Source of the DNA: Eledone cirrhosa
Taxonomy: Eukaryota
Assembly: GCA_964016885.1 (NCBI GenBank)
Contig: CAXHJY010001539.1
Location: forward strand, 1 to 47,091
Reading direction: 5' to 3'
DNA length: 47,091 bases
Shown: one piece after another, positions 26,847-40,421 of the stretch
How positions within the stretch are numbered: position 1 is the stretch's first letter
How the letters are laid out: the number at the start of each line of letters is the position of its first letter
Notes under the pieces: model-generated
The model's input: only the letters and a program-made list of their open reading frames with translations
Database searches by the model: none
What the model was told of the DNA's origin: nothing
Made by a program: the position numbers and the translations under genes

Positions 26847-27172
26847 TGGAGGCACATGGCTTAGTGGTTAGAGAATTGGCCTTGCAATCGAAAGGTTGTG
26901 AGTTCAATTCTCAGACCGGGTGATGTGTTGTTTCCTTGAGCAAGACACTTTATTTCACATTGCTCCAGTTTACTCAGCTGTAGAAATGAGATGATAGGGA
27001 CTGGGGTCCCTATCGTTCCACTGCAAAGTGGTCGTGGAGGTGCTATGGCAAAAAAGCACCCAGCACTCACTGTAAATGAGGTTGGTGTTAGGAAGGGCAT
27101 CCAGCTGTAGAAATCAAGCCAGAATCAGTTCCCGTCCCACCCTTGCAAGCAGGGAAAAGTTCGACGTAAAAA
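26847..27172 (+). mobile_element. Second tRNA-derived SINE family with an RTE-like middle and tail
   Basis: tggcttagtggttag (A box), gagttcaattc (B box), ccttgagcaagacactt core, ggaagggcatccagctgtagaaa, ending gacgtaaaa. A partial minus-strand copy lies at ~32100-32207. Confidence 0.78.
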
Positions 27173-27565
27173 AAATAGATAGTCGAAAATGAACGAACAA
27201 AACACAGGAGGCAATTGTACACAGTTATATTAGGTTCACGCTTGGTGGAAGTGGATATATATATATATATATATATAATTATCTGTCTGACTATCTATCA
27301 ATCCATCTTTCTTTCTTTCTATCAATCTATCTAGCTAGCTAGCTATCCATCTTTCTATGTATTTATTAATCTATTTATCTATCCACGTGTCTATCTATCT
27401 ATGTTTCTATACATTTATTTATGAATCACTCTCACTTTCTATCTACCTACCCATCCATCCATCTGTCTATCTATCTATCCCCCCTTTGTACTTGTCCCAC
27501 TTTTGATGCCCTAGTGGCAAATAAAAGAAACATATCTATCTATCCATCTGTCTATCTATCCATCC

Positions 27566-27596
<31 letters not shown>

Positions 27597-27653
27597 CATC
27601 TATCTAACTATCTATTTTTGTTTTCCCTTTACTTATCCAATATTTACATATAC

Positions 27654-27721
<68 letters not shown>

Positions 27722-28118
27722 ACTATATATATATATATTACTATATTATTATTATATATATATATATTATTATTACTATATATATATTTATATATATATA
27801 TTTATATATATATATATATATATACACACACATATATGAGTCAGTATGTCTGTGTGTATTTTATTATAACATTAAATATATATACACACACATAAACACA
27901 CACACATCTAAATATATAAATCAAAATAAAATCAGTTTGAAACCAGTTAGACCATTCCTCAACAGAGTACTCAATACTTGGGGTAGTAGAGTATAGTTAT
28001 ATTATAAAGAGTCGGGAACCGATGAAAGATCAACTTTATCCCCTCTCTTTCAACTTGCCGTCCTTCTGCCAAATGTAGAAACAATAATTTTATATTTTTT
28101 TCTCTATTACTGAAGACA

Positions 28119-28354
28119 TACCCTCGGGTCTCGAATAATCGTCCCCACCTCCGGTCTTATTCCAACACCACACCCTAGCTTTTGGCTAATCTATCTCCAG
28201 CGAAATTTTGGTTTTTAAAAAAATCAACGGGGACAACATAAAAAAATCAAACGATTTTCCACCCAGCCCCTGCTTATTCCAACTCCCCTGTATATTCCAC
28301 CCTATCCTCCGCTTATTCCAACCCCTTGCTCGTATTATTTGGGACGCGAGAGTA
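28119..28354. mobile_element. MITE-like element with imperfect TIRs flanked by TA (Tc1/mariner-pogo-like)
   Basis: ta-ccctcgggtctcgaataat ... attatttgggacgcgagag-ta, with internal cttattccaac repeats. A related end lies at ~15833-15880. Confidence 0.55.
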
Positions 28355-28463
28355 TGCTTTAACAGAAAGGTATTGAATACTAGACCACCTGTGACCCAGT
28401 GGGTTATGTTCACTTAAAAATATCTTTTTAAAAATCATCTTTAATTAAAAATGATTTTTTTAT

Positions 28464-28515
<52 letters not shown>

Positions 28516-28527
28516 TTTCCTTCTCTG

Positions 28528-28558
<31 letters not shown>

Positions 28559-28854
28559 ATGTCTCTCTATCTTTCTCTTCAATCTACTCTCTCACAACCA
28601 CTATCTGCTTTTCTCAATCTTTCTCTATTCATCTAGGTACCCGGAAAAACCCTGTATCTCGGGACCCCGTGCTTCGATTTACACGAAACTTGTTTTATTC
28701 CATTTGTATTCCCATTTCAGGGGTAACTTCCCTTCCCATTATGAACCATTTTGGCTGTATTACATTAGAGACAAGCAAGCAATCAAGCAAGCAAGCAATA
28801 GATAGATATTCTCTGTGTCAGAAGTAAGACGTGACATAGAAGTAAAAGACTTAC

Positions 28855-28990
28855 CATCTTTATTCATTCCAGCTTCTAAACATTTCTTCAGCCGACAAGC
28901 TCGACATTGGTTTCTGTGTGTTTTGTCCACGGGGCAGTTACCTTGACCTCGGGATTTACATATATATTGTCTGTTTCTCCGAATGGAACG
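28855..28990 (-). CDS. NR2E1: TLX exon encoding zinc finger 2 ([46 protein letters not shown])
   Basis: Lies within ORF 28760..29137. Acceptor acaccctcag|, donor G|gtaagtc. Shows the extended TLX-type D-box CKSRGQGNC and [19 protein letters not shown]. Confidence 0.96.
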
Positions 28991-29260
28991 CTGAGGGTGT
29001 AGAAGTTGGGATTTTGTTTTAGATATATATGGACACAGATAGTTGTAGATGCACAAATACAAAGATGTAAACGCACAATGCACACACATACAAACATATA
29101 TACTAGCATACAGACAGACATGCACGCCCACATACACTCACACACACACACACAGATATAAATATATATATATGTATGTATATATATATATATATTTCTT
29201 TTGCGAGGTTTTTGATAAAGATGGCGTAGATATACAATACAACAGGACGAACATAATAGC

Positions 29261-29302
29261 ACCACTGACGATGTTGCAGATGTGCAACGAAAGAACTTTG
29301 TT
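29261..29302 (+). ncRNA. Minimal hammerhead, same family as 42951-42993, with a weakened stem I
   Basis: acca-CTGACGA-t-GTTGCA gatg TGCAAC-GAAA-GAACTT-tgtt. Shares flanks (aagatgg.gta upstream; gaaaaccaac...ctcccaagtataacaata downstream) with 42890-43110. Confidence 0.65.
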
Positions 29303-29499
29303 AGACTATATATATATGTGTTTATATCTATACTATATCTGTATTTTTGACCGTTTGTCAGTCAATGGTAACATTGATGACCGAATGAATTAACTGTGCA
29401 GATATAAAAGATACAGAAGCGAAAACCAACCAAACAGTGAGTGTGTTCTGTTATTATTTCTGGCAATATTATTACAACAATATGACCCTCCCCAAGTAT

Positions 29500-29578
<79 letters not shown>

Positions 29579-29581
<3 letters not shown>

Positions 29582-29939
29582 GATATTAAACAAATGGAAA
29601 CTATATTTATAAAACCATATTTATTTCGTTATATATATTTCTGGGATATCATATTAAAAATATGGTATGCCTTCCTCAGACAAAATACAATACATAAGCT
29701 GTTTTATAAATAATTTTGACATACCTTAATAATGCAACTTCCATTTAAAAAGTTGATTTGGTAGTCTTTTTAAATGGAAGTTGCATTATTAAGGTATGTC
29801 AAAATTATTTATAAAACAGCTTATGTATTGTATTTTGTCTGAGGAAGGCATACCATATTTTTAATATGATATCCCAGAAATATATATAACGAAATAAATA
29901 TGGTTTTATAAATATAGTTTCCATTTGTTTAATATCGTA
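29579..29939. mobile_element. 174-bp apparently perfect inverted repeat (29579-29752 / 29766-29939) with a hammerhead in each arm
   Basis: 13-nt spacer. tattttgt-CTGAGGA-long imperfect stem II (catatt/aatatg)-GAAA-TATATATA-acgaaata at 29831-29896 (+) and 29622-29687 (-). Outer helix atttataaaac/gttttataaat. Confidence 0.8.
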
Positions 29940-30024
29940 AACCTACTCCAGAAACTGTTGAGTGCTTTTATATCAGTCATAAAATATTTACTCGTTGTAA
30001 CCCAACAATTTTAAATATAACTTT

Positions 30025-30381
<357 letters not shown>

Positions 30382-30391
30382 CACACACACA

Positions 30392-30514
30392 GGTATCGCT
30401 TGAAGATCCAGCCGCATCAGTTGAAGACGGTTGCTTCTGACAGGAATCGTTGGCAGGAGTGTTTGATGACTCTGCCCCCACGGCCCTCTCACGAATAAGT
30501 GGGCGAAGAAGAAG
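30392..30514 (+). mobile_element. 3' end of a related RTE-clade LINE
   Basis: [34 protein letters not shown] then gaagaagaagt. Similar to 22880-22992. Confidence 0.65.
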
Positions 30515-30552
30515 TATATGTATACATACTTATATATATATATATATATATA

Positions 30553-30741
30553 TACGATATTAAATAAATGGAAACTATATTTATAAAACCATATTTATTT
30601 CATTATATATATTTCAGGGATATCATATTAAAAATATGGTATGCCTTCCTCAGACAAAATACAATATAAACAGTCTTATAAATAGATAGATTCGACATAC
30701 CTTTCAACTTCGACTTCTATTTGAGAAGTTGATTTGGTAGT
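30553..30741 (-). mobile_element. Further copy of the 29579-29752 hammerhead-bearing element
   Basis: High similarity to 29579-29765, including tcctcagacaaaata and ttgatttggtagt. Confidence 0.75.
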
Positions 30742-30860
30742 GAAAAAATATTAGGGACAGTTATAAAAAGAAAGAAAGAAAAACGAAGAAAAAGAAGAAA
30801 TGCATGCAACTAAATAGAAAGAGATAGATAAAGAGAGATAGATAGAGAGAAGAAATTAGA

Positions 30861-30910
<50 letters not shown>

Positions 30911-31121
30911 TCTAATTTCCATATTATTACTACTAATATTGGTAGTTAATGAAGGTATCTTATAAGTTGTGGTGAGGTGATGATGATGAAGTTGGTAATG
31001 ATGACAATGATGTTGATGATAAATAATGGTGGTGAGATGATGATGATGATGTTAATGATGATGGGGATGTGGATGAGGAGGAGGGGGAGGCAGAAAGGAA
31101 TGTCGTAAACAAACAACTCAC

Positions 31122-31140
31122 CTTGAAAAACCCAGCACAA
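31122..31140 (-). CDS. NR2E1: 19-nt microexon of TLX (T TGT GCT GGG TTT TTC AAG = G-CAGFFK)
   Basis: Flanked by tatttttcag| and |gtgagt. It supplies exactly the missing residues and phases (2 in, 0 out) between ...ACDG and RSIRR. Confidence 0.93.
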
Positions 31141-31241
31141 CTGAAAAATACAATTCACAAATGTTATTTGTTATATAAGGAGGAAGTAACGAAACTATAT
31201 ATATATATATATTTGTATGTGTATATATATATATACTTATA

Positions 31242-31277
<36 letters not shown>

Positions 31278-31365
31278 CTGCGTGTGTGTCTGTGTGATCG
31301 TGTGTGTAGTTCGGATCTAGCTGTCGAAACGGCTGGAGTTTAGCCGTCGGGGTCCTGACTCTTTT

Positions 31366-31436
<71 letters not shown>

Positions 31437-31484
31437 GTAGAAGACGTAGGAGTAGTGCACCCACTCCATGGAACACGAGTTTGG

Positions 31485-31623
31485 TAGAAGTAGTTCCACA
31501 ACAGTTAGTTCACCATACGGAAAAGCTTTTCCGTACAACTTCACACAGACCGAGCTGATGATCCGCATAAGATGAAACATTTGTTCGCGGTATGGTGAAC
31601 TAACTGTTGTGGAACTATTTCTA
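31485..31623 (+). other. 34-bp inverted repeat enclosing a degenerate hammerhead core and a 20-bp palindrome
   Basis: Arms 31485-31518 / 31590-31623. tacggaaaagcttttccgta at 31516-31535. CTGATGA at 31555 and GAAACA at 31574, with a poor stem II. Confidence 0.6.
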
Positions 31624-31651
31624 TATATATATTAATATATATATACTGTAT

Positions 31652-31704
<53 letters not shown>

Positions 31705-32267
31705 TATATATGTGCGTGTGAGTGTGTGTGTGTGTGAGTGATGTGGGTGCGTTTGTGTACGTGTGTGTATATGTCAAAATGTCTGGATGTCTATCAGAAA
31801 TAGTTGTAATCAAGTTAAAATGGTTGTAAAAAATTACGATTTTAATAGCGGTTTTATCTGTCGAATTATCAAAATTATGATCTATGACAGTAATACGTAA
31901 GTATTCTTGATATCGATCTCAATTTAGCAGATAACGATCGAATCAGTTCACAAGATCCCAGACCTCATTCGCTTACAGATTTGGGTTGAACTCGTCCAAT
32001 TGGACCAAGGAAACAATTAATTTTTCCATTGGTCTTTCGATTGCTGATACTATCTACCGGTTGCAACTCCTGGCAGAAACGGCAACGTTAGATAGTGAAA
32101 TAAAGGAAATAAAGTGTCTTGCTCAAGGACATAACGCATCTCCCAGTCTGGGAAATAAACTCCCAACCTCACGATTGCGGATCCAATTCTCTCACCACAA
32201 AGCCACGTAAATGTAATCGAAGAAATTCAGAGCGTTAATCGAAGTATTTTCTAATTGAACAACTTAC

Positions 32268-32349
32268 CCGTCACAAGCGTAAATACCATAATGTTTTCCC
32301 GAAGAATGGTCCTGGCACACTTTACATGGTACATCCACCAGGATACGAC
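32268..32349 (-). CDS. NR2E1: Tailless/TLX nuclear receptor exon encoding zinc finger 1 ([28 protein letters not shown])
   Basis: Manual translation of the minus strand. Acceptor ...tatgtttaaaag| (phase 1), donor |gtaagtt (phase 2). The peptide matches tailless-type [21 protein letters not shown]. Confidence 0.95.
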
Positions 32350-32412
32350 CTTTTAAACATAAAATAGTAATTATAGGTTATACATAAGGTATCGAATTAT
32401 CTATGGAGGAAT

Positions 32413-32462
<50 letters not shown>

Positions 32463-32496
32463 TTGCGAGGTTTTTGATATCGTGAGTCGAAACAAA

Positions 32497-32763
32497 TATT
32501 GTTATACTTGGGGAGGGTCATATTTGTGTAATAATATTGCCAGAATTAATAACAGAACACACTCACTGTTTGGTTGGTTTTCGCTTCTGTGTCTTTTATA
32601 TCGGTCAATTTAATTTATTCGGTCCTCAATGTTACCATTGACTGCCCAACGGTAAAAAATACAGATATAATATAGACACCAAGCGAAAACCAACCAAACA
32701 GTGAGTGTGTTCTGTTATTAATTCTGGCAATATTATTACACAAATATGACCCTCCCCAAGTAT

Positions 32764-32770
<7 letters not shown>
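32497..32770. mobile_element. ~90-bp inverted repeat (32497-32586 / 32681-32770) of the family also at ~29200-29505 and ~42890-43110
   Basis: aagcgaaaaccaaccaaacagtgagtgtgttctgttatt...ctcccaagtataacaata occurs in both orientations, embedded between (AT)n tracts. Confidence 0.75.
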
Positions 32771-32835
<65 letters not shown>

Positions 32836-33035
32836 CAAGTAAGCATGTTTTGCAACAGCGAGCGAGTTTGAAATTAGAAATAGAAGCTTTCGCCGTATTT
32901 TTTCGACTAAAGAAAATTTAGCTTGATAGTGGGGTTTAGAACGCTCTAAGAAATGGAAAAAGATGAATATTGACGTACATACGTCAAAAAAATACGACAG
33001 AAGCTTATATATGTATATATATATGTGTGTGTGTT

Positions 33036-33071
<36 letters not shown>

Positions 33072-33077
33072 AACACA

Positions 33078-33111
<34 letters not shown>

Positions 33112-33325
33112 AACATATATATATACACACGTACACGTACATATATAGTTACAATAGTCACAAATACAGGTACTTAAGCTTCGTTGGGTTCTGCATCTCA
33201 ACTCATTCAACCTGTTATCAAAATAAAAATAAGATGGCTCCCGAGGTTGAATTTGGTTTCCTTTCTGAAGATTATTCGAGAGTTCAAACAAAATATATGG
33301 ATATTTCTACCAAACTTTTACTACA

Positions 33326-33375
<50 letters not shown>

Positions 33376-33480
33376 AAATGTTTGGTATAAATATCCAACG
33401 GTAAGAGCACTCAGTCCATAGGACGAGTTTAGTATAGATAATGATTTATATATATATAAATACATATACTTACAAATATG

Positions 33481-33513
<33 letters not shown>

Positions 33514-34142
33514 ACGTATATACATATATACACACATAGCCACACACACACACGTAGACACACACAAACACATACACATCACAAACATACTCAACACACA
33601 TATATATACACATATACACACAGAGTCATTTCTTAGCACATTTCGTTACAGGCAAAAAGAACACGAAAAAATGGCGTCTTTATTTTTTTTTTTTTTGTTG
33701 TTAATCTCGTCACAAAATCTTCAAACATGGTTTTACCGGACGTTGCATTGGTATTTCTTGCACTCATAGACAGCCGCTTTTGGCATGCGTATGTTTGTGA
33801 GTGAGTGGTATGTGTGTGCATTTATGTGTGTATTTATCGATCTATCTATCTACCTATCTATCCACCTATCTATCTATCTATCTAAATAAAGATATATATA
33901 TATATGTATATATATGTGTGTGTGTGTATGTGTGGATTTATGTATATATATATATATATATATATGTGTGGTGTGTGTCCCATTGCTATTGGCTTTCACT
34001 TTATTTAATAATCAGAAGAACACACAACAGAGGGACGAAACACAAATCTTGTTAAATATTCGGGAATGGATTGTCTCCAACCGCGCCAAAAGGGATTATG
34101 GCTTCATCCACACATATACACACACACACACATACACACACA

Positions 34143-34285
<143 letters not shown>

Positions 34286-35126
34286 TCCATGTATATACAA
34301 CAAAAAGGAAAGCCTCTAGTAGCTTTGTTGAGTTGTCTTGAAATCCTTTCCTATTATATAATATATATAAACATATATATATATATATATATATATATGT
34401 AATATATATATATATAATATATATATGTATATGTATATATATATGCATATGTAAATCCACATGAGAAACCAAAGACAAATGTAACCCCTAATTGTTTTAC
34501 TTTGATCTCCGTGACCTCCGTTCTACCTTTTCTACCACCTTCATCATCACTATCACCAACACCAACACCATCACCACCACCAGCACCACCAACACCAGCA
34601 CCACCAACACCACCTCAATCACCACCACGTCATTCACTATCACCAGCCCCACCAACGCCACCAACATCACTACCGCCTCAATCACTATCACCACCACCAA
34701 AACCACCAACACCACCACCATCACCATCACCTCTATCACTATCACCAGCACCACCAGCACCACCAACACCACCACCTACACCACCACGACCATCACCATC
34801 ACCACCACCACCAACATCACCACCTCTCTCACTCACACCAAATACTCAATACCACAACTATAACGGGAGTTAACTCGTTCTGTGTGTGTGTTTGTTTGAG
34901 TTATGTTATTTATCTCTTATTTCTTATTTGTTATTTATTTGTTATTTGTTATTTGTTATTTATGTCTTATTTTTTTCTGTTTTTATTTATTATTTATAGG
35001 TGAGTTTGTTTCAACAGAATCTGGAGGGGAGACAAATATTGATGTGGAAACAGAAAAATATTCGCTGTTAGAGACGTAATTCTTGTGATTAAAGTAACTA
35101 AAGAGGTGGGGGTAGAGGTGGTGGTG

Positions 35127-35191
<65 letters not shown>

Positions 35192-35545
35192 TGTGTTCGG
35201 AGGAGGAGGAGAACGAGAGGGAGGGAGTAGGAAGAGGAGAGTTGGAGGGGGAGGAGGAGGAAGAGCAGAAGACGGAGGAGGAGGAGTGTGAAGAAGGGGA
35301 TGATGGAGAAAATGTTTTGTGGCGGGCTGGGGACTGGATGTTGGGGTTATATGTGTTATAGCGTCAGGCAAACAGGTAAGAATGAATTCGGAGAAGCTGT
35401 CCAGATTGTAAGTTATGTCAACAGACCAACAACAGTTCGGTCCACTACACAAAACTTTAAACAAACACTCAAAATACCTACAATTATGATTTCAAACTAC
35501 CACAAAAGTCTCCACTAATAAACAACAACAATTAAAATGGTGGAT

Positions 35546-35818
35546 AAATAAAATAAAATAAAATAAAATATAAATAAAATAAAATAAAATAAAATGAAAT
35601 AAAATGAAATAAAATAAAATGAAATGAAATAAAATAAAATGAAATAAAATGAAATAAAATAAAATGAAATAAAATGAAATAAAATGAAATAAAATAAAAT
35701 AAAATGAAATAAAATAAAATGAAATAAAATAAAATAAAATGAAATAAAATGAAATAAAATGAAATAAAATGAAATAAAATAAAATAAAATGAAATAAAAT
35801 AAAATAAAATAAAATAAA
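35546..35818. repeat. (AAAAT/GAAAT)n array
   Basis: Direct observation. Confidence 0.95.
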
Positions 35819-35985
35819 AAAAGAATTTCGGCGATCGAATTAAATTTGATTTTCTGGCGAAAGTATGTTTGCTGCTTGTATTTATTGTTTTTATTTTGTT
35901 GTTGTTGTTGCAGCTTTGATTTTTGTTGTTGTTGTTGTGTTTATATTATGTTTGTTTATTTGTTTGTTACCGTTTCTTGGCTGCT

Positions 35986-36096
<111 letters not shown>

Positions 36097-36115
36097 CTCT
36101 TTCTAGTTATACATC

Positions 36116-36500
36116 ACACTACACTTAACCACACTACACCATACTACACCACACTACACTACACCACACTACAGCACACAACACCACACTGCACCATACT
36201 GCACTACACTGCAGTACACTTCACTACACTACACTGCAGTACACTACACCACACTACACTACACTACACTACACTACACTGCACTAAACTGCACTGCACT
36301 AAACTACACTGCACTACACAACAATACACTTCACTACATTACACTACACTGCATTACACTACACTACAGTAAACTACACCACACTACACTACACTATGCT
36401 ACACTACACCACACTACACTACACCACACTACACAACACTTCAATACACTGCACTACACTACATTAGACTACACTACATTACACTGCAGTACACTACACT
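36116..36500. repeat. (ACACT)n pentanucleotide array
   Basis: Direct observation. Confidence 0.92.
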
Positions 36501-37197
36501 GGCATAAAGTTAAACAACAGTAACAACATTACAACAACAACAGCAGCAAGAATAACAACATTAATACTACAGCAATAACAACAACAGCAATAACGACAAT
36601 AACAACAACAACAACATAAACATCAATAGCTGTTTCAACATTACAACACCAGCAACACAGCAACAACAATAATACAAACAACAGCAGCAGCAACAACAAC
36701 AACAACAAAAGACATTCTTAGCACTAGATAAAAGTTGTTTTTTAAAACTGTTTGAAAATGATTAAAAAAACAAACTAACAACAAAATACATAAAATGTAG
36801 AAAGATCAAAGAAAATAAACAAAAGAAAACAAAAGAAAAACAATAGTTTTAACTTTTTTAGTTGAATTTCTTTAAAACTTGTTTCTACGTCAACTGTTGG
36901 CACCTTATGTCTGACTTTCTATTTTATGTATGTTAGGGGTGTGTGTATGTATGTATGTATCTATGTATGTATGTATGTATGTATGTTAGGGGTGTGTGTA
37001 TAGGTCTAGAGTGTGTATGTGTGTGTGTATGTGTGTGTGTATGAATGTATGTTAGGGTTGTGTGTATAGGTCTAGAGTATGTATGTATGTATTAATGCTA
37101 GGGGTGTGTGTGTATAGGTTTAGAGTGCGTCTGTATGTATGTATGTATGTATGTGTGTATATGTATGTATGTGTGTATGTATATATATATATATATA

Positions 37198-37338
37198 GGA
37201 AAATGTTAGACCCCGACGGCAGACATCAAGCCGTTTCGACGGCTATTTCTGGACGGCTGGAGCTCTACCGTCGGGGCCTAACATTTTCATATTACCCATT
37301 CTACTACCCTAAGTATTGAGTACTCTGGTGCGTTATGG
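37198..37338. mobile_element. Diverged copy of the 927-1088 hairpin family
   Basis: gaaaatgttagaccccgacgg...ccgtcggggcctaacattttc followed by the shared tail. Confidence 0.7.
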
Positions 37339-37362
37339 TCCATCTGGTTCCTTACCATACCT

Positions 37363-37436
<74 letters not shown>

Positions 37437-37494
37437 ATCGATAGATAGATAGATAGATAGATAGATAGCTGCATGTATATATGTGTATGTATGA

Positions 37495-37569
<75 letters not shown>

Positions 37570-37579
37570 TATATTCATG

Positions 37580-37615
<36 letters not shown>

Positions 37616-38369
37616 AGTGCGCGTGTGTGTGTGAGTATGTGTGTATGTGTGGTGTGCGTGTGTGTGAGTGTGTGTGTTTGAGAGAGTGTATTTGTGCTTG
37701 TATATTTGTGTGTGTGAATGTGTGTGTGTGTGTATGATTGTGTTTGTGCTTGCATATTTGTGTGTATGTGTGTCTGTATTCGTGTGTGTGCTTGTATGTT
37801 TGTGAGAGTGCGTACGTGTGTCTGTGGGTGTGTGTGTCGTTGCATGCTTGTTTGTGCGTGCGCATGTGTGTGCGTGCGTTCAAGTGCGTGTGTGTGTGAG
37901 TGAGTGTGTGTATTTAGACCATGAACGTGCAGTTGAACTATGCTATTGCGACACACCCTTACGACATAGTCACATGACTAGCACGAGGAGTGGAATGGGG
38001 GTGAAGTGTGATGAGGTGGGGTGGTTGTCACGTGGGGGGACATTGTGGACATTCCTTGGGCAGGGTCCTTTCGTCACTAACTGTTTACATATCTCCCTAG
38101 ATTGAATTCCAGACATCTTAATGGTAGACAGACAGAACAACAGACAGTCAGACATACAGACAGACAGACAGATATACAGACAGACAGACGGACATACATA
38201 CATACATACATACATACATACATACAGACAGACAGACAGACAGACGGATCGAAGAGCTGAGATGCTTGTGGGGTGGGTTTGGGAGTAGTGATGAGGGTAA
38301 TAAAGGAGAGAATGCTGTTAGATGAGAGAGAAAGAGAGAAATAATATTCTTGAGAGAGAGAGAGAACAT

Positions 38370-38456
<87 letters not shown>

Positions 38457-38484
38457 TATAAATAGATAGATAGATAGATAGTTT

Positions 38485-38515
<31 letters not shown>

Positions 38516-38556
38516 TCATATATATATATACAGAGAGAGAGGGGGGCGGGATAAGT

Positions 38557-38660
<104 letters not shown>

Positions 38661-39031
38661 GGGCAAGTAGGTAGGTAAGCAGAAAGGTAGGTAGATGGAT
38701 AGATGAATAAATAAATAAATATATCGCATTTAATTGTCAAATATCTTTCGTCACATATTCTATGACACTCACTATGATAATGCTTGCTCCTCTTTCTTCC
38801 GATCTTGTTCGGGTATTAAACTAAACCACGAATATACATATATATACATATATATACGTATATATATACAAAATTAAATTAAGTGTGTCATGTCCGAGAG
38901 ACATGCGCCATATCCACTGTAGAATATGCTCAAAGATTCCAATGAATAGATCCGAGCATTTTATATCAATTTCTAGTTGATATATATATCTTTTCTTGAT
39001 GAGACTTTCCAAGTATTTAGCCATGTTTTAT

Positions 39032-39109
39032 ATTGCCTCGTCTGACGAACGAATGAAGACGTTTCTTTCATATTCGCCTCATTCGGGAAACCTCTGGTAA
39101 TGAGGTAAT
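39032..39109 (+). ncRNA. Type I hammerhead ribozyme, predicted cleavage after GUA at 39099
   Basis: attgcctcgt-CTGACGA-a-CGAATGA...TCATTCG-g-GAAA-CC tct GG TA-atgaggtaat. 10-bp stem I (two G-U), 7-bp stem II, short stem III. Confidence 0.78.
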
Positions 39110-39159
39110 TATATTGTATTGATTTTTATACATTATATATATATATATATATGTATATA

Positions 39160-39387
<228 letters not shown>

Positions 39388-39585
39388 GTGTGTGTGTGTG
39401 TGTGTATATATATACATATATATATATATATATGTGTATTGGCTTGGTCACCCTTGAAATATATATATATATATACATAAATCGCCAATGTGGAATCCTA
39501 ATCTGATTCCCATAGTTCACATTGTTTATAAAATTGAGTGCTGAGATGTACCTCATAAAACCGAAAATAACTGAGTGTCACTCAC

Positions 39586-39672
39586 CTATTCTTGAGTGAA
39601 GGCTGTTACAGCTATGTTCATATTCTGAGACTGAATCAACCGCTGGAGGACATTTTGTTAAAACCAGCCGAT
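39586..39672 (-). CDS. NR2E1: Probable upstream (A/B-domain) exon of TLX: x-RLVLTKCPPAVDSVSEYEHSCNSLHSRI-G
   Basis: Strong polypyrimidine acceptor ttctctcttttctcacccag| and donor AG|gtgagt. It is 87 nt, phase 1/1, and stop-free in the frame that joins the zinc-finger-1 exon. No homology support. Confidence 0.55.
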
Positions 39673-39825
39673 CTGGGTGAGAAAAGAGAGAAATATTTGT
39701 TAAATATCACAATATTGAGATATATACCCACAAGGGCTTAGACGAGTATTGAGGACGATACGGGACGATCAACATTTAGGTTGAGATAAAAAACGTGGAA
39801 AAAAAAAGAAAAGAACGAAAACAAA

Positions 39826-40421
39826 AATAATTGTTTCTACTTTTGACACAAGGCTAGCAATTAGCCAGTACATTACTGGTACTTTATTTTATCGACCCCG
39901 TAAGGATGAAAGGCAAAGTTAATCTCGACGGGATTTGAACTCAGACCGTAATGGGATTTAACTATGCTAGAAAGCATGGCGTCCAACCCTCTACCGATTC
40001 TGCCAATTCACCGCCAATCAGGCACAAGGCCAGCTATTTTAGGGAAGGGGAAAGTTGATTAAATCAACCCAGTGTGTGACTGGTACTTTATTTTATCGAC
40101 CCCGTAAGGATGAAAGGCAAAGCTAATCTGGGCGGGATTAGAACGCAGAATATAAAGGGTTGTAACTCTATGCCACAAAGCATGTTGTCCGATGCTCTAC
40201 TGACATTGCTAATCCACCGTACTTGTAATAATAATTTCTGATTTTAGGCACAAAGCCAACACTTTTGGGGGAGAGGAATGTCGATTAAATCAACCCCAGT
40301 ACATTACTGGTGCTTCATTTTATCGAACCTCTAAGGATGAAAGGTAAAGTTAAATTCGGAGGGATTTGAACTCAGAATGTAAAGGGCCATAACTCTATGA
40401 CACAAAGCTTGTTTTCTGATG
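39826..40421 (-). mobile_element. Three head-to-tail SINE copies
   Basis: Reverse-complement modules at ~39826, ~40020 and ~40230. Confidence 0.85.

Noticed and set aside
28760-29137. Whole 125-aa ORF as a gene
   Set aside because: Only 28855-28990 is exon; the remainder is intronic read-through beyond canonical splice sites.
32350-32360. ATG just upstream of the zinc-finger-1 exon as start codon
   Set aside because: It is out of frame with RILVDVPC; the AG at 32351-32350 is better read as an acceptor.
38821-39024. KYLESLI as a GIY-YIG remnant (also LKFAGYS at ~5540 and FLPYV at ~42606 as Penelope RT bits)
   Set aside because: The matches are too short and orientation is inconsistent; a profile search is needed.
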